Counted from the stretch's first letter, positions 1-7,300 are shown. The stretch: DNA of 14,776 bases from Coleofasciculus chthonoplastes F2-STO-03 (GCA_040222015.1 JAVJWO010000148.1:1-14776); one strand, 5' to 3'. The notes: generated from the letters alone by a model not told the origin. Translations and numbers: made by a program.

Positions 1-1
1 T

Positions 2-550
<549 letters not shown>

Positions 551-577
551 TAAGTTGGGTTTAGTCATCAACTTGGC

Positions 578-607
578 TCCCCTACCTTCGGGTGGGGGAA
601 TTTTTTT
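578..607 (+). terminator. Intrinsic terminator of psbD
   Basis: TCCCCTACC-TTCG-GGTGGGGGA stem with C(UUCG)G loop, followed by A and 7 T. Confidence 0.9.
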
Positions 608-727
608 CTGTTCATGGTTCATGGTTGACAACTCAAAACTTGAATGGGGCGGGTTTAAGTAGTCTGACAAAAGAAAACGGCACGCTCACGCTTGTGCAAG
701 TAAACAAGCCTCAAACCCTTACACTTA

Positions 728-780
728 CAAATGACGAATGACAAATGACGAATGACGAATGACGAATGACGAATGACGAA
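728..780 (+). repeat. STRR heptamer array (CRAATGA) x ~7.5
   Basis: caaatga cgaatga caaatga cgaatga cgaatga cgaatga cgaatga cgaa read directly. Confidence 0.95.
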
Positions 781-799
781 AAACTTTCCTGGCTTCCCC

Positions 800-827
800 T
801 TGCCAAATCCAAATGGTGTGTTATCCT
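800..827 (+). promoter_or_regulatory. Putative sigma70-type promoter for the 6S-like RNA
   Basis: TTGCCA (800-805), 16-nt spacer, extended -10 TGnTATCCT (819-827); predicted start near 833. Confidence 0.5.
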
Positions 828-900
828 AATTAAAGGTGAATAAACACCAGATAACTAACGGAAATCAAAAAACCGTACAGGGATTAAGGAGGTGATGCCC

Positions 901-954
901 ATGAGCGATAGTAGTAAAAGCATGGGTCATCTGATTGGAGTTAGCCGGCTGTGA
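901..954 (+). CDS. Candidate 17-aa micropeptide MSDSSKSMGHLIGVSRL overlapping the 6S-like RNA
   Basis: TAAGGAGGTGAT (885-896) directly upstream of ATG 901; TGA at 952-954. Confidence 0.35.
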   Translation: MSDSSKSMGHLIGVSRL

Positions 955-1078
955 GCCGGGGCTGTTCTCTAACAGTTAGCTCAGTTCTCTTCGGAGAACT
1001 CATATATTGAGAAACTGGGCTGGTTAAGGAGTTCCTTCCGGCAGTCTGGTTTCAATCAGAAGACCCGCTAGACCGCTC
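903..1078 (+). ncRNA. ssrS: Probable 6S RNA (ssrS/ssaA); ends approximate
   Basis: ~176-nt rod: 924-944 pairs with 1046-1066 (20/21 positions, several G-U, which favours the + strand), GCCGG/CCGGC, a large central bubble, then apical stem 974-989 with 1009-1025. Size and rod-with-bubble fold match 6S RNA; promoter upstream and terminator downstream. Confidence 0.72.
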
Positions 1079-1136
1079 TCACTATAAGCACTGAAGATTT
1101 TATCTAAGTGCTTCCCGTGAGAGCGGATAGTTTTTT
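1068..1136 (+). terminator. Long terminator-like hairpin after the 6S-like RNA
   Basis: CCGCTCTCAC (1073-1082)/GTGAGAGCGG (1117-1126), inner AAGCACT/AGTGCTT, then T6 at 1131-1136. Confidence 0.75.
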
Positions 1137-1171
1137 GGGAATTTTTTTAAGTTGAAGGTGGCAGAAAAAGT

Positions 1172-1456
1172 ATGGCTGAGTTACTCAGTGGCGCAGAAAT
1201 TCAAGAAAAAGTCAAGTCACTAGATGGCTGGACGATTGAAGGCAAAGAGTTACGCAAAACTCGCCAATTTAAAGATTTTGTCGAAGCGATCGCGTTTGTC
1301 AATAAGATTGTTGAACCAGCAGAAGCGGCTGGACATCATCCTGATTTAGCGATTTCGTATAACAAGGTGACAATTAATCTTACCACCCATGAGGCTGGGG
1401 GGTTGACGGCTAAAGATTTTGAGATGGCTCAGACGTTGTCCAAGTTAAGCGTGTAG
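1172..1456 (+). CDS. Pterin-4a-carbinolamine (4a-hydroxytetrahydrobiopterin) dehydratase
   Basis: 94 aa with FKDF..AIAFVN, AEAAGHHPDL and LTTHEAGGLT..DF motifs of the PCD/PhhB family. Confidence 0.93.
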   Translation: MAELLSGAEIQEKVKSLDGWTIEGKELRKTRQFKDFVEAIAFVNKIVEPAEAAGHHPDLAISYNKVTINLTTHEAGGLTAKDFEMAQTLSKLSV

Positions 1457-1698
1457 CAGTAAAACCCTATATATGGCAAGGGCTTAAGTACCACTTTCAA
1501 AAGCTTGACAGACTGAGGCTGTTTGTGTAATACAAAGAACTAATTTAGTTTTATAATGGCGGTGTTAGCCAAAACTTAACCGACTGGCAGATGAACAAGG
1601 GTTCCAAGACGAACCGGAAAATTAAGCGAAAAAATACCATCTGCCAAATAGACGATGTACCATAGTGCGAGAAGGGCAATCTAATTGTTTCTGTAAAG

Positions 1699-1707
1699 GT
1701 GTGAGGA
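1699..1707 (+). promoter_or_regulatory. Yfr1 sRNA seed-target site at the porin ribosome-binding site
   Basis: GTGTGAGGA is complementary to 9 of the 11 nt of the conserved Yfr1 loop ACUCCUCACAC; 6 nt before the ATG; som porins are known Yfr1 targets. Confidence 0.7.
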
Positions 1708-1713
1708 CAGAAG

Positions 1714-3519
1714 ATGTCAAAATTACTGTGGAAGTCTCTACTTATTAGCCCAGCGGTATTAGGTGTAACCTTAGTTGCATCAACGATGGGAGTCCGTGCA
1801 GCCGATAGCGCCAAGTTGCCTATCGCTGACACTCAAACAGCAACACCAGAAGTTCAGTTCGATGGTGTTGCTGATATTACGGTTTCAGAGGAAATTGCGG
1901 TTAATCCGGAACAGTTAACTCCAGCTAGTCTGGAGGTGAAGCCAGAGGCACAACCGTCCTTGGCTCAAGCGGTTCCTGCGACGCCCAATGATGCTGAAAT
2001 TTTAAATCAAATCAATGACTATAGCAGCGAAGGAAACTCTAGCGGACAAGTGACCAGTGTCGGTCAGTTACGCGACGTTTCTCCGGGAGACTGGGCGTAT
2101 GAAGCGCTACGTAGCCTAGTCGAACGCTACGGCTGTATCGCTGGGTATCCAGATGGTACGTATCGTGGCAATCGGGCGCTGACTCGTTACGAATTTGCCG
2201 CTGGTTTGAATGCTTGTTTGAACCAAATTGAGCGTTTGATTGGTCCGGGTGGTTTTGACCCGACTGAGTTAGAAACCCTGCGGCGGTTAATTCAGGAATT
2301 TGAAGCAGAACTGGCGACGCTAGGGGCGCGAGTCGATAATCTAGAAGGTCGTGTGGCGTTCTTGGAAGATAATCAGTTTTCCACGACGACTAAATTACGG
2401 GGTGAAGTGATTTTTGCCCTCACCGACGAGTTTAATTCTGACTTTGACAATAACACTGTCTTCCAAGACCGGGTTCGTTTAGAACTGAATAGCAGCTTCA
2501 CCGGTCAGGATCGGTTAGTGACTCGTTTAGCTGCAGGTAATGCGGATCTACTTAATACTGGTGCAGGTTTTGAGGCGACTCAGACCTTCAACATAGGGAA
2601 CACAGGTGGCAATGATGTTATTGTAGACTGGCTAGCTTACTACTTCACCTTTGGTAGCTCGAAAGTTTACGTGGCTGGCACTGGCGGGATTCATAGTGAC
2701 TACGTTCCTACCCTCAATCCTTACTTTGAAGACTATGACGGTGGTAATGGTGCATTGTCTGCCTTTGCCTCTGAAAGCCCCATCTATCGAATCGGTGGTG
2801 GTGCAGGTGCAGCCTTTAGTCTAGGCGCGGGTCCCCTAGAAAGGGTATTGGGACCAAGTACATTGACTTTTGGTTACTTGGCAGGTCCTGGCGCAGAAAA
2901 TCCAGGTGATGACTTTGGTGTATTCAATGGTGAATATGCGGCACTAGCCCAGTTGAATTTCAACCTTGGCGATCGGATTGCCCTCGGTGCAACTTATGTC
3001 CATGGTTACCATAATTCTGGTACTAACATCTTTGATATTGGTGCAGGAAGCTCGGCGGTTGTCGGTACTGGGTTTGCCAATAACCCAGCTTCCTTCGCGG
3101 CAAATGATAATGTGCCTATGGTCACGAATACCTACGGCATAGAAGCAGCATTGCGCCTTAGCGAAACAATTTCAATTAGTGGCTATGGTGCTTACACTGA
3201 TGCAATCCTAGTTGGTCGAGGCGGTAGCGAAATCTGGACTTATGGTGCTGGCGTTGCCTTGGCTGACCTGGGTAAAGAAGGTAACGTTTTGGGAATTTTT
3301 GGCGGTGTACAACCCTACGCCGGAAATATTGATGTTCCAAGCGGAGATTTCCGACGAGATAATGACAGTTTACCCTGGCACGTTGAAGCCTTCTACAAGT
3401 ACCAACTCACGGATAATATCTCGTTTACTCCGGGTGTCATCTGGTTGATGAATCCCGACCAGGATAGTAATAATGAGGATGCGGTCATCGGTACACTCAG
3501 AACAACTTTCACGTTCTAA
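1714..3519 (+). CDS. Cyanobacterial outer-membrane porin (SLH domain + OprB-type barrel, Som / 'iron uptake porin' family)
   Basis: Signal peptide; QVTSVGQLRDVSPGDWAYEALRSLVERYGCIAGYPDGTYRGNRALTRYEFAAGLNACL SLH motif; coiled coil; QFSTTTKLRGEVIF; C-terminal GTLRTTFTF. Confidence 0.96.
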   Translation: MSKLLWKSLLISPAVLGVTLVASTMGVRAADSAKLPIADTQTATPEVQFDGVADITVSEEIAVNPEQLTPASLEVKPEAQPSLAQAVPATPNDAEILNQINDYSSEGNSSGQVTSVGQLRDVSPGDWAYEALRSLVERYGCIAGYPDGTYRGNRALTRYEFAAGLNACLNQIERLIGPGGFDPTELETLRRLIQEFEAELATLGARVDNLEGRVAFLEDNQFSTTTKLRGEVIFALTDEFNSDFDNNTVFQDRVRLELNSSFTGQDRLVTRLAAGNADLLNTGAGFEATQTFNIGNTGGNDVIVDWLAYYFTFGSSKVYVAGTGGIHSDYVPTLNPYFEDYDGGNGALSAFASESPIYRIGGGAGAAFSLGAGPLERVLGPSTLTFGYLAGPGAENPGDDFGVFNGEYAALAQLNFNLGDRIALGATYVHGYHNSGTNIFDIGAGSSAVVGTGFANNPASFAANDNVPMVTNTYGIEAALRLSETISISGYGAYTDAILVGRGGSEIWTYGAGVALADLGKEGNVLGIFGGVQPYAGNIDVPSGDFRRDNDSLPWHVEAFYKYQLTDNISFTPGVIWLMNPDQDSNNEDAVIGTLRTTFTF

Positions 3520-3568
3520 GTCAATTTTATGAACGGCAAAATTCGCCTGAAAATTGATTAATTTGATC

Positions 3569-3592
3569 ACCCCGCCATTGAGCGGGGTTTTT
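3569..3592 (+). terminator. Intrinsic terminator of the porin gene
   Basis: ACCCCGC-CATTGA-GCGGGGT followed by TTTT. Confidence 0.85.
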
Positions 3593-3672
3593 CAGCTTGC
3601 CTAAGCTAAACCAACAAACCCCACCGGGAAACCGGAGTATACTAGGAATGATTGCCCTGACATGAATTAACT

Positions 3673-4110
3673 GTGGAACTCTCCTGTAAGACTGAATACA
3701 CCCTACTGGCTCTCCTAGAACTCACGGGTCATTACAATCAGGGAGAACCCTTACAAATCCGACAGATTGCCGCGCAACAAAATATTCCCGATCGCTATTT
3801 AGAGCAACTTCTGGCAACCTTGAGACGTGGCAATTTAGTCCGTAGCCAACGGGGGGCTAAAGGGGGTTACATTCTGGCGCGGGAACCCTGGACAATTACT
3901 CTATTGGATATAATGAATTGCCTAGATGGTTCAACCGCCACAACGTCTGGTAGCCAAACCAATGCGATAACTGAAGCCAGTGCTATCGTCCAAGAAACAT
4001 GGCAAGAAGTCCGCGATCGCACCAATGATATCTTGCGAGACTATACCCTGCAAGATTTATGGGAGAAACTGAATAATAGACGACAGTTGAACATTATGTA
4101 TTACATCTAA
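3673..4110 (+). CDS. Rrf2-family transcriptional regulator, CymR-like
   Basis: GTG start; IAAQQNIPDRYLEQLLATLRRGNLVRSQRGAKGGY Rrf2 signature; no IscR Cys triad; C-terminus IMYYI resembles the CymR tail (MFYI). Confidence 0.9.
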   Translation: MELSCKTEYTLLALLELTGHYNQGEPLQIRQIAAQQNIPDRYLEQLLATLRRGNLVRSQRGAKGGYILAREPWTITLLDIMNCLDGSTATTSGSQTNAITEASAIVQETWQEVRDRTNDILRDYTLQDLWEKLNNRRQLNIMYYI

Positions 4111-4120
4111 TATTATGACG

Positions 4121-4146
4121 TCCCTGTTCCCTGCTCCCTGTTCCCT
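4121..4146 (+). repeat. STRR heptamer (TCCCTGY) x ~3.7
   Basis: tccctgt tccctgc tccctgt tccct. Confidence 0.85.
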
Positions 4147-4165
4147 AACAAAGGACATAAGACAT

Positions 4166-4579
4166 AGATCATACAATACTGACACTCACCTAGAAATCTG
4201 GTTGCAGCAAGTCTATAAACCAGTGAACCGATTGATTATTCCCATTCTCAAATCCCTAAACACTCAAATCAATCAACTCGCGGCTGATCCCTTTGATGAC
4301 GAACTCATGGAAGACTTTCAAGCCTATCTAGAAAACTGTCGTCATGATCTCAATCAGGCTCAGATTACCTTTCGTTCCCAACCTAATCCCGCCCCTGTTG
4401 CTGGTGTTGCAGCTTCCTTGTATTACTGTCTCAATCAGTTGGGAGATGGTATTGATGAGCTAGAACGGTTTACCTTCAATTACGACGAACATTACCTGCA
4501 TACCGGTCAAGAACTCTTCAGAATCGCCACCAGCTTACGCCACGACGCTGAAGATGCCATTAAGCATCTAAATTATTAA
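4166..4579 (+). pseudogene. C-terminal part of a cyanobacterial J-domain (DnaJ type III-like) protein, N-terminal J domain missing
   Basis: WLQQVYKPVNR..LAADPFDDELMEDFQAYLE..FRSQPNP..LYYCLNQLGDGIDELE..YDEHYLHTGQELFRIA recalled as the C-terminal region of cyanobacterial J-domain proteins; no HPD motif; the 4115 start only translates STRR/intergenic sequence. Left boundary inferred. Confidence 0.65.
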
Positions 4580-4602
4580 TTATAAATTATTAATTCCCTG
4601 TT

Positions 4603-4641
4603 CAATGACCAATGACCAATGACCAATGACCAATGACCAAT
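4603..4641 (+). repeat. STRR heptamer array (CAATGAC) x 5.5
   Basis: caatgac repeated five times plus caat. Confidence 0.95.
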
Positions 4642-4719
4642 ATTCGTTTATCCTATAAATAAGGTTAATTTACAGAAATTGGGTTCTTCCGTACCTGTTA
4701 TGCTAAATTGCCTCAGACG

Positions 4720-4756
4720 ACGCCCAAAATCCTTGCTTAGCAAAGATTTTGGGCGT
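4720..4756. repeat. Near-perfect intergenic palindrome
   Basis: ACGCCCAAAATC-C-TTGC tta GCAA-A-GATTTTGGGCGT. Confidence 0.8.
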
Positions 4757-4958
4757 TATTTCGAGTTAACTTAGACTGTTGAGGCATAAAATCACGGTAT
4801 AACTAAATTTGGAGCCGTTTTAACTAACAGTTTGGCATAGTAAGTCCGGAAGAGCCCCGAAAACATTGCGCGTGTTATCTGGCAAAAGTTAGCACCTTTT
4901 TTGCCACTTGTCAAGATCCAGCTATTTGAACATCCAGAACTTTGGGCTGATTATTTAG

Positions 4959-5271
4959 CTTATCCGGCGATAGGTTCCCCACGCTCTAATCTTCGATTGA
5001 GCGTGGGATGAATCGCCAGTTTATTATTGACAACTTGCTTGTTGTAAGCTAATATTAAGGGTAAATTGTTTTTGTATTTAATTGACAAAGCTGTAAAAGC
5101 TGGTAAATTGACAGCAAAAACTAAATTCCATAACTACAGTTTCTCTGGCGATAAGCAAGAAGTGGGTTCTTGCGTATTCCCCACTATAAAACGCCGGAAG
5201 CGTCGTTCTGAAACGGAACCCCAAAGGAAGCCTACAACCGTACCCGTAGGGTCGGTGTAGGAGGACGTCAC
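4959..5271 (+). mobile_element. 313-bp non-autonomous IS200/IS605 derivative (internally deleted tnpB element)
   Basis: Inserted after TTAG without target duplication; left hairpin CCCACGCTC..GAGCGTGGG inside GGCGAT/ATCGCC; right end GAAG-CCTACA.ACCG..CGGTGTAGG-AGGACG-TCAC; short GKLFLYLIDKAVKAGKL remnant resembling TnpB. Confidence 0.85.
5027..5055 (+). promoter_or_regulatory. Consensus-like sigma70 promoter within the mini-element
   Basis: TTGACA (5027-5032), 17 nt, TAATAT (5050-5055). Confidence 0.7.
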
Positions 5272-5681
5272 GAAACGGAATGGAAGCATATCTCACCGTA
5301 TCGACCAACTTTAGCGCCGCTCATCGGCTGGCTCATCCCCAACTCAGTTATGACCAAAACTGTGAAATCTACGGCAAATGCGCTCGCCCGAACGGTCACG
5401 GACATAATTATCATATAATTGCCATCTATATTCGGCAATTGCTCCAGTCACCGATCCAAAAATTAGGAGCGAAACTGCATAAAGTTAAACTCATTGAAAG
5501 TCCCAATAACTCCTGTGAAGTCTATTGTACAGGTGAAACATCATCGGTAGAACCGGACGCGATCGCATCTCCTGTTCTCACATTTGTTTAGGGAGAAGCA
5601 TCATATCTATTCTATGATGATGTTGGTCTATTAGTCAGCGAGCAAACCCCTGCTTCTGCCTTCCATAGTCGTTAAGAGTAT

Positions 5682-5714
5682 AGATCCCCGACTTTTTAGA
5701 GAAGTCGGGGATCT
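5682..5714. repeat. Palindromic dispersed repeat / possible terminator
   Basis: AGATCCCCGACTT-tttagag-AAGTCGGGGATCT, perfect 13-bp stem. Confidence 0.8.
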
Positions 5715-5780
5715 GGGTGCTGTTTGGCTTCCGGATGCTTCTTTCCCACTCACGTAACGAGTGAATAGAAGAGGGGAACA

Positions 5781-5828
5781 TTGACATTCTCCCACCGTTA
5801 AATCAAAGATTGTAGCGGGATCATTCTC
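5781..5828 (-). mobile_element. Isolated, degenerate IS200/IS605 right-end-like hairpin
   Basis: Minus strand GAAT..CCCGCT..aatctttgatt..ACGGTGGG-AGAATG-TCAA, similar to the tnpB element end (GGTGGGGAGGATGTCAA). Confidence 0.55.
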
Positions 5829-6004
5829 GCTGATTGAGGTAAATGAGCCAGGTATGGCAGAGTTTGAGTATCAGTTTTTTGCTTCCACCGAAGTCATGAG
5901 AAAACTTTTGGTAAGATAGGCGAAAGCTTAATATTCTGCCTATTCTACCCATCCTGCTCAGACAAACGATAAAATGTCCTACTTGAGGTCACAGTAGAGG
6001 AACT

Positions 6005-6520
6005 ATGGAACCGAATCCACAAAAATCCGAATATACTGAGGGTAATCCCCCAGAGGTCAAGACAGCTCAAGCCGACGCTACAAAAAGCCCAGAGTCTAAA
6101 GTAGATGTCAATGTTGACCAACCTGGGACAGTCGCCCAACTCCCGGCTAATAATCAAGCCAAGCTTCCCGCAGGGGGTCAAACCACGGATCAAGCTTGGC
6201 AGGAATGGGTACAGCCTGTGTTTGACTTCCTGTCCAAACTTCCGGCGATAATCAGTGCATTTTATTACGAGTACCAACAAGCCATCATTTTGATTGGGCT
6301 AGTGATAGCTGGCTTTATCACCGTGTATGTCACCCTAGCTGTACTGGATGCCATTAACGACATTCCCTTATTAGCCCCAATTTTTGAACTGGTTGGGATT
6401 GGTTACACAATCTGGTTTATTGCCCGTTATCTTTGGAAAGCTGAAAGTCGCCAAGAATTGGCTCAAGAGTTTGATTCTCTTAAAGGACAATTGCTTGGCA
6501 AAGACTCGACTCAGAGTTAA
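6005..6520 (+). CDS. curT: CAAD-domain thylakoid curvature protein (CurT/CURT1-like)
   Basis: Low-complexity N-terminus, two TM helices, AVLDAINDIPLLAPIFELVGIGYTIWFIARYL...RQEL motif; GAGGA SD upstream. Confidence 0.88.
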   Translation: MEPNPQKSEYTEGNPPEVKTAQADATKSPESKVDVNVDQPGTVAQLPANNQAKLPAGGQTTDQAWQEWVQPVFDFLSKLPAIISAFYYEYQQAIILIGLVIAGFITVYVTLAVLDAINDIPLLAPIFELVGIGYTIWFIARYLWKAESRQELAQEFDSLKGQLLGKDSTQS

Positions 6521-6586
6521 CTTACTCCCTATCCCCATCTGAATCTCGGATTTGGGTGGGGATAATTCTAAAAAACCAGTCCTGGG

Positions 6587-6816
6587 ACTTATGAATAAGG
6601 GCGGGTTTTGTTTATAAGCTATTGGTGACAAGCTAAAATTAGTGGCTAAACCCGCCCCTACAGTTGACTGATAACTTATGAATAAGGGCGGGTTTTGTTT
6701 ATAAGCTATTGGTGACAGCTAAAATTAGTGGCTAAACCCGCCCCTACAGTTGACTGATAACTTTGTTTATAAGCTATTGGTGATCAGCCAACTTTATGGC
6801 TAAACCCACCCCTACA
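6587..6816. repeat. Tandem array of GTAG-type REP-like units (87 bp, 86 bp, partial third)
   Basis: 6587-6673 and 6674-6759 differ by one indel; each holds AGGGCGGGTTT...AAACCCGCCCCTAC; third copy diverged and truncated. Confidence 0.92.
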
Positions 6817-6817
6817 A

Positions 6818-7231
6818 TTAACTTAAATTAACTCGAATAATTTTAGGTAAACGAACAATTTCTGACGCCCCCTCCTCACTGAGTTGATGTGCCGTTAATG
6901 ACTTCACTAAATCAGAAATGCCTTCTGCTCCGGTTTTTTGCAGGATTTGCAAAAGCTGATAACTATTGCTAATTAACTCTGTAACCTGAATTTCCTCATA
7001 AATAGGTTGGTAGTCACCTAAGCGTCTAATTCCCTCCCCAAGCAAGATGACAGCGCCACGCCAGTTAAGATTATTGAGATGGTAGCAGGCTACCGAAATT
7101 TGTAATATACCTTGATAAAACTGTTTGTTTGGTTCGGCTGCCTCCATCCACAATGCCTCTAAGGTGTCATGACAGGCATAAAATTCCTGTTGATTAAATT
7201 GCTCGACACCTTGCCAAAATTGCTTAGTCAT
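6818..7231 (-). CDS. DUF309 domain protein
   Basis: GVEQFNQQEFYACHDTLEALW..FYQGILQISVACYHL..N..GA..LLGEG signature. Confidence 0.9.
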   Translation of the reverse strand: MTKQFWQGVEQFNQQEFYACHDTLEALWMEAAEPNKQFYQGILQISVACYHLNNLNWRGAVILLGEGIRRLGDYQPIYEEIQVTELISNSYQLLQILQKTGAEGISDLVKSLTAHQLSEEGASEIVRLPKIIRVNLS

Positions 7232-7253
7232 AGGTGATCAATTCCAGATTATG

Positions 7254-7291
7254 AGTCATTGGTCATTTAGAGTTGAAAATGACCAATGACT
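7254..7291. repeat. Hairpin made of two inverted STRR doublets
   Basis: AGTCATTGGTCATTT (7254-7268) / AAATGACCAATGACT (7277-7291), perfect 15-bp stem. Confidence 0.85.
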
Positions 7292-7300
7292 TAAAGACAA

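Larger units (their letters stand above)
4859..5591 (+). pseudogene. queD: Two-domain 6-carboxytetrahydropterin synthase (QueD/PTPS family) pseudogene: N-terminal deletion, mobile-element insertion, internal deletion
   Basis: 4859-4957 encodes ENIARVIWQKLAPFLPLVKIQLFEHPELWADYL with in-frame TAG TAA shortly upstream and no start; removing 4959-5271 restores DYL-GNG-MEAYL; second domain has FSAAHRL and CARPNGHGHNYH fused directly to IIAIYI, lacking the usual central GM..D/DH..LN/PT.EN segment. Confidence 0.85.

Noticed and set aside
1505..1533. TTGACA at 1505 as the porin -35
   Set aside because: No good -10 at 16-18 nt; the TATAAT at 1552 is too far to pair with it.
4959..5271. IStron / group I intron that would splice out of queD
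   Set aside because: No recognisable group I core, the element does not end in G, and queD carries other inactivating deletions.
5066..5308. ORFs 5066-5260 (+) and 5078-5308 (-) as real genes
   Set aside because: They lie within the mini-element; only a short TnpB-like remnant is meaningful.
1172..5591. Pterin gene cluster (dehydratase plus queD)
   Set aside because: Separated by unrelated genes and a terminator; no evidence of co-transcription.
6587..6816. Possible CRISPR array
   Set aside because: Whole units are duplicated including the would-be spacers; no unique spacers and no cas genes.
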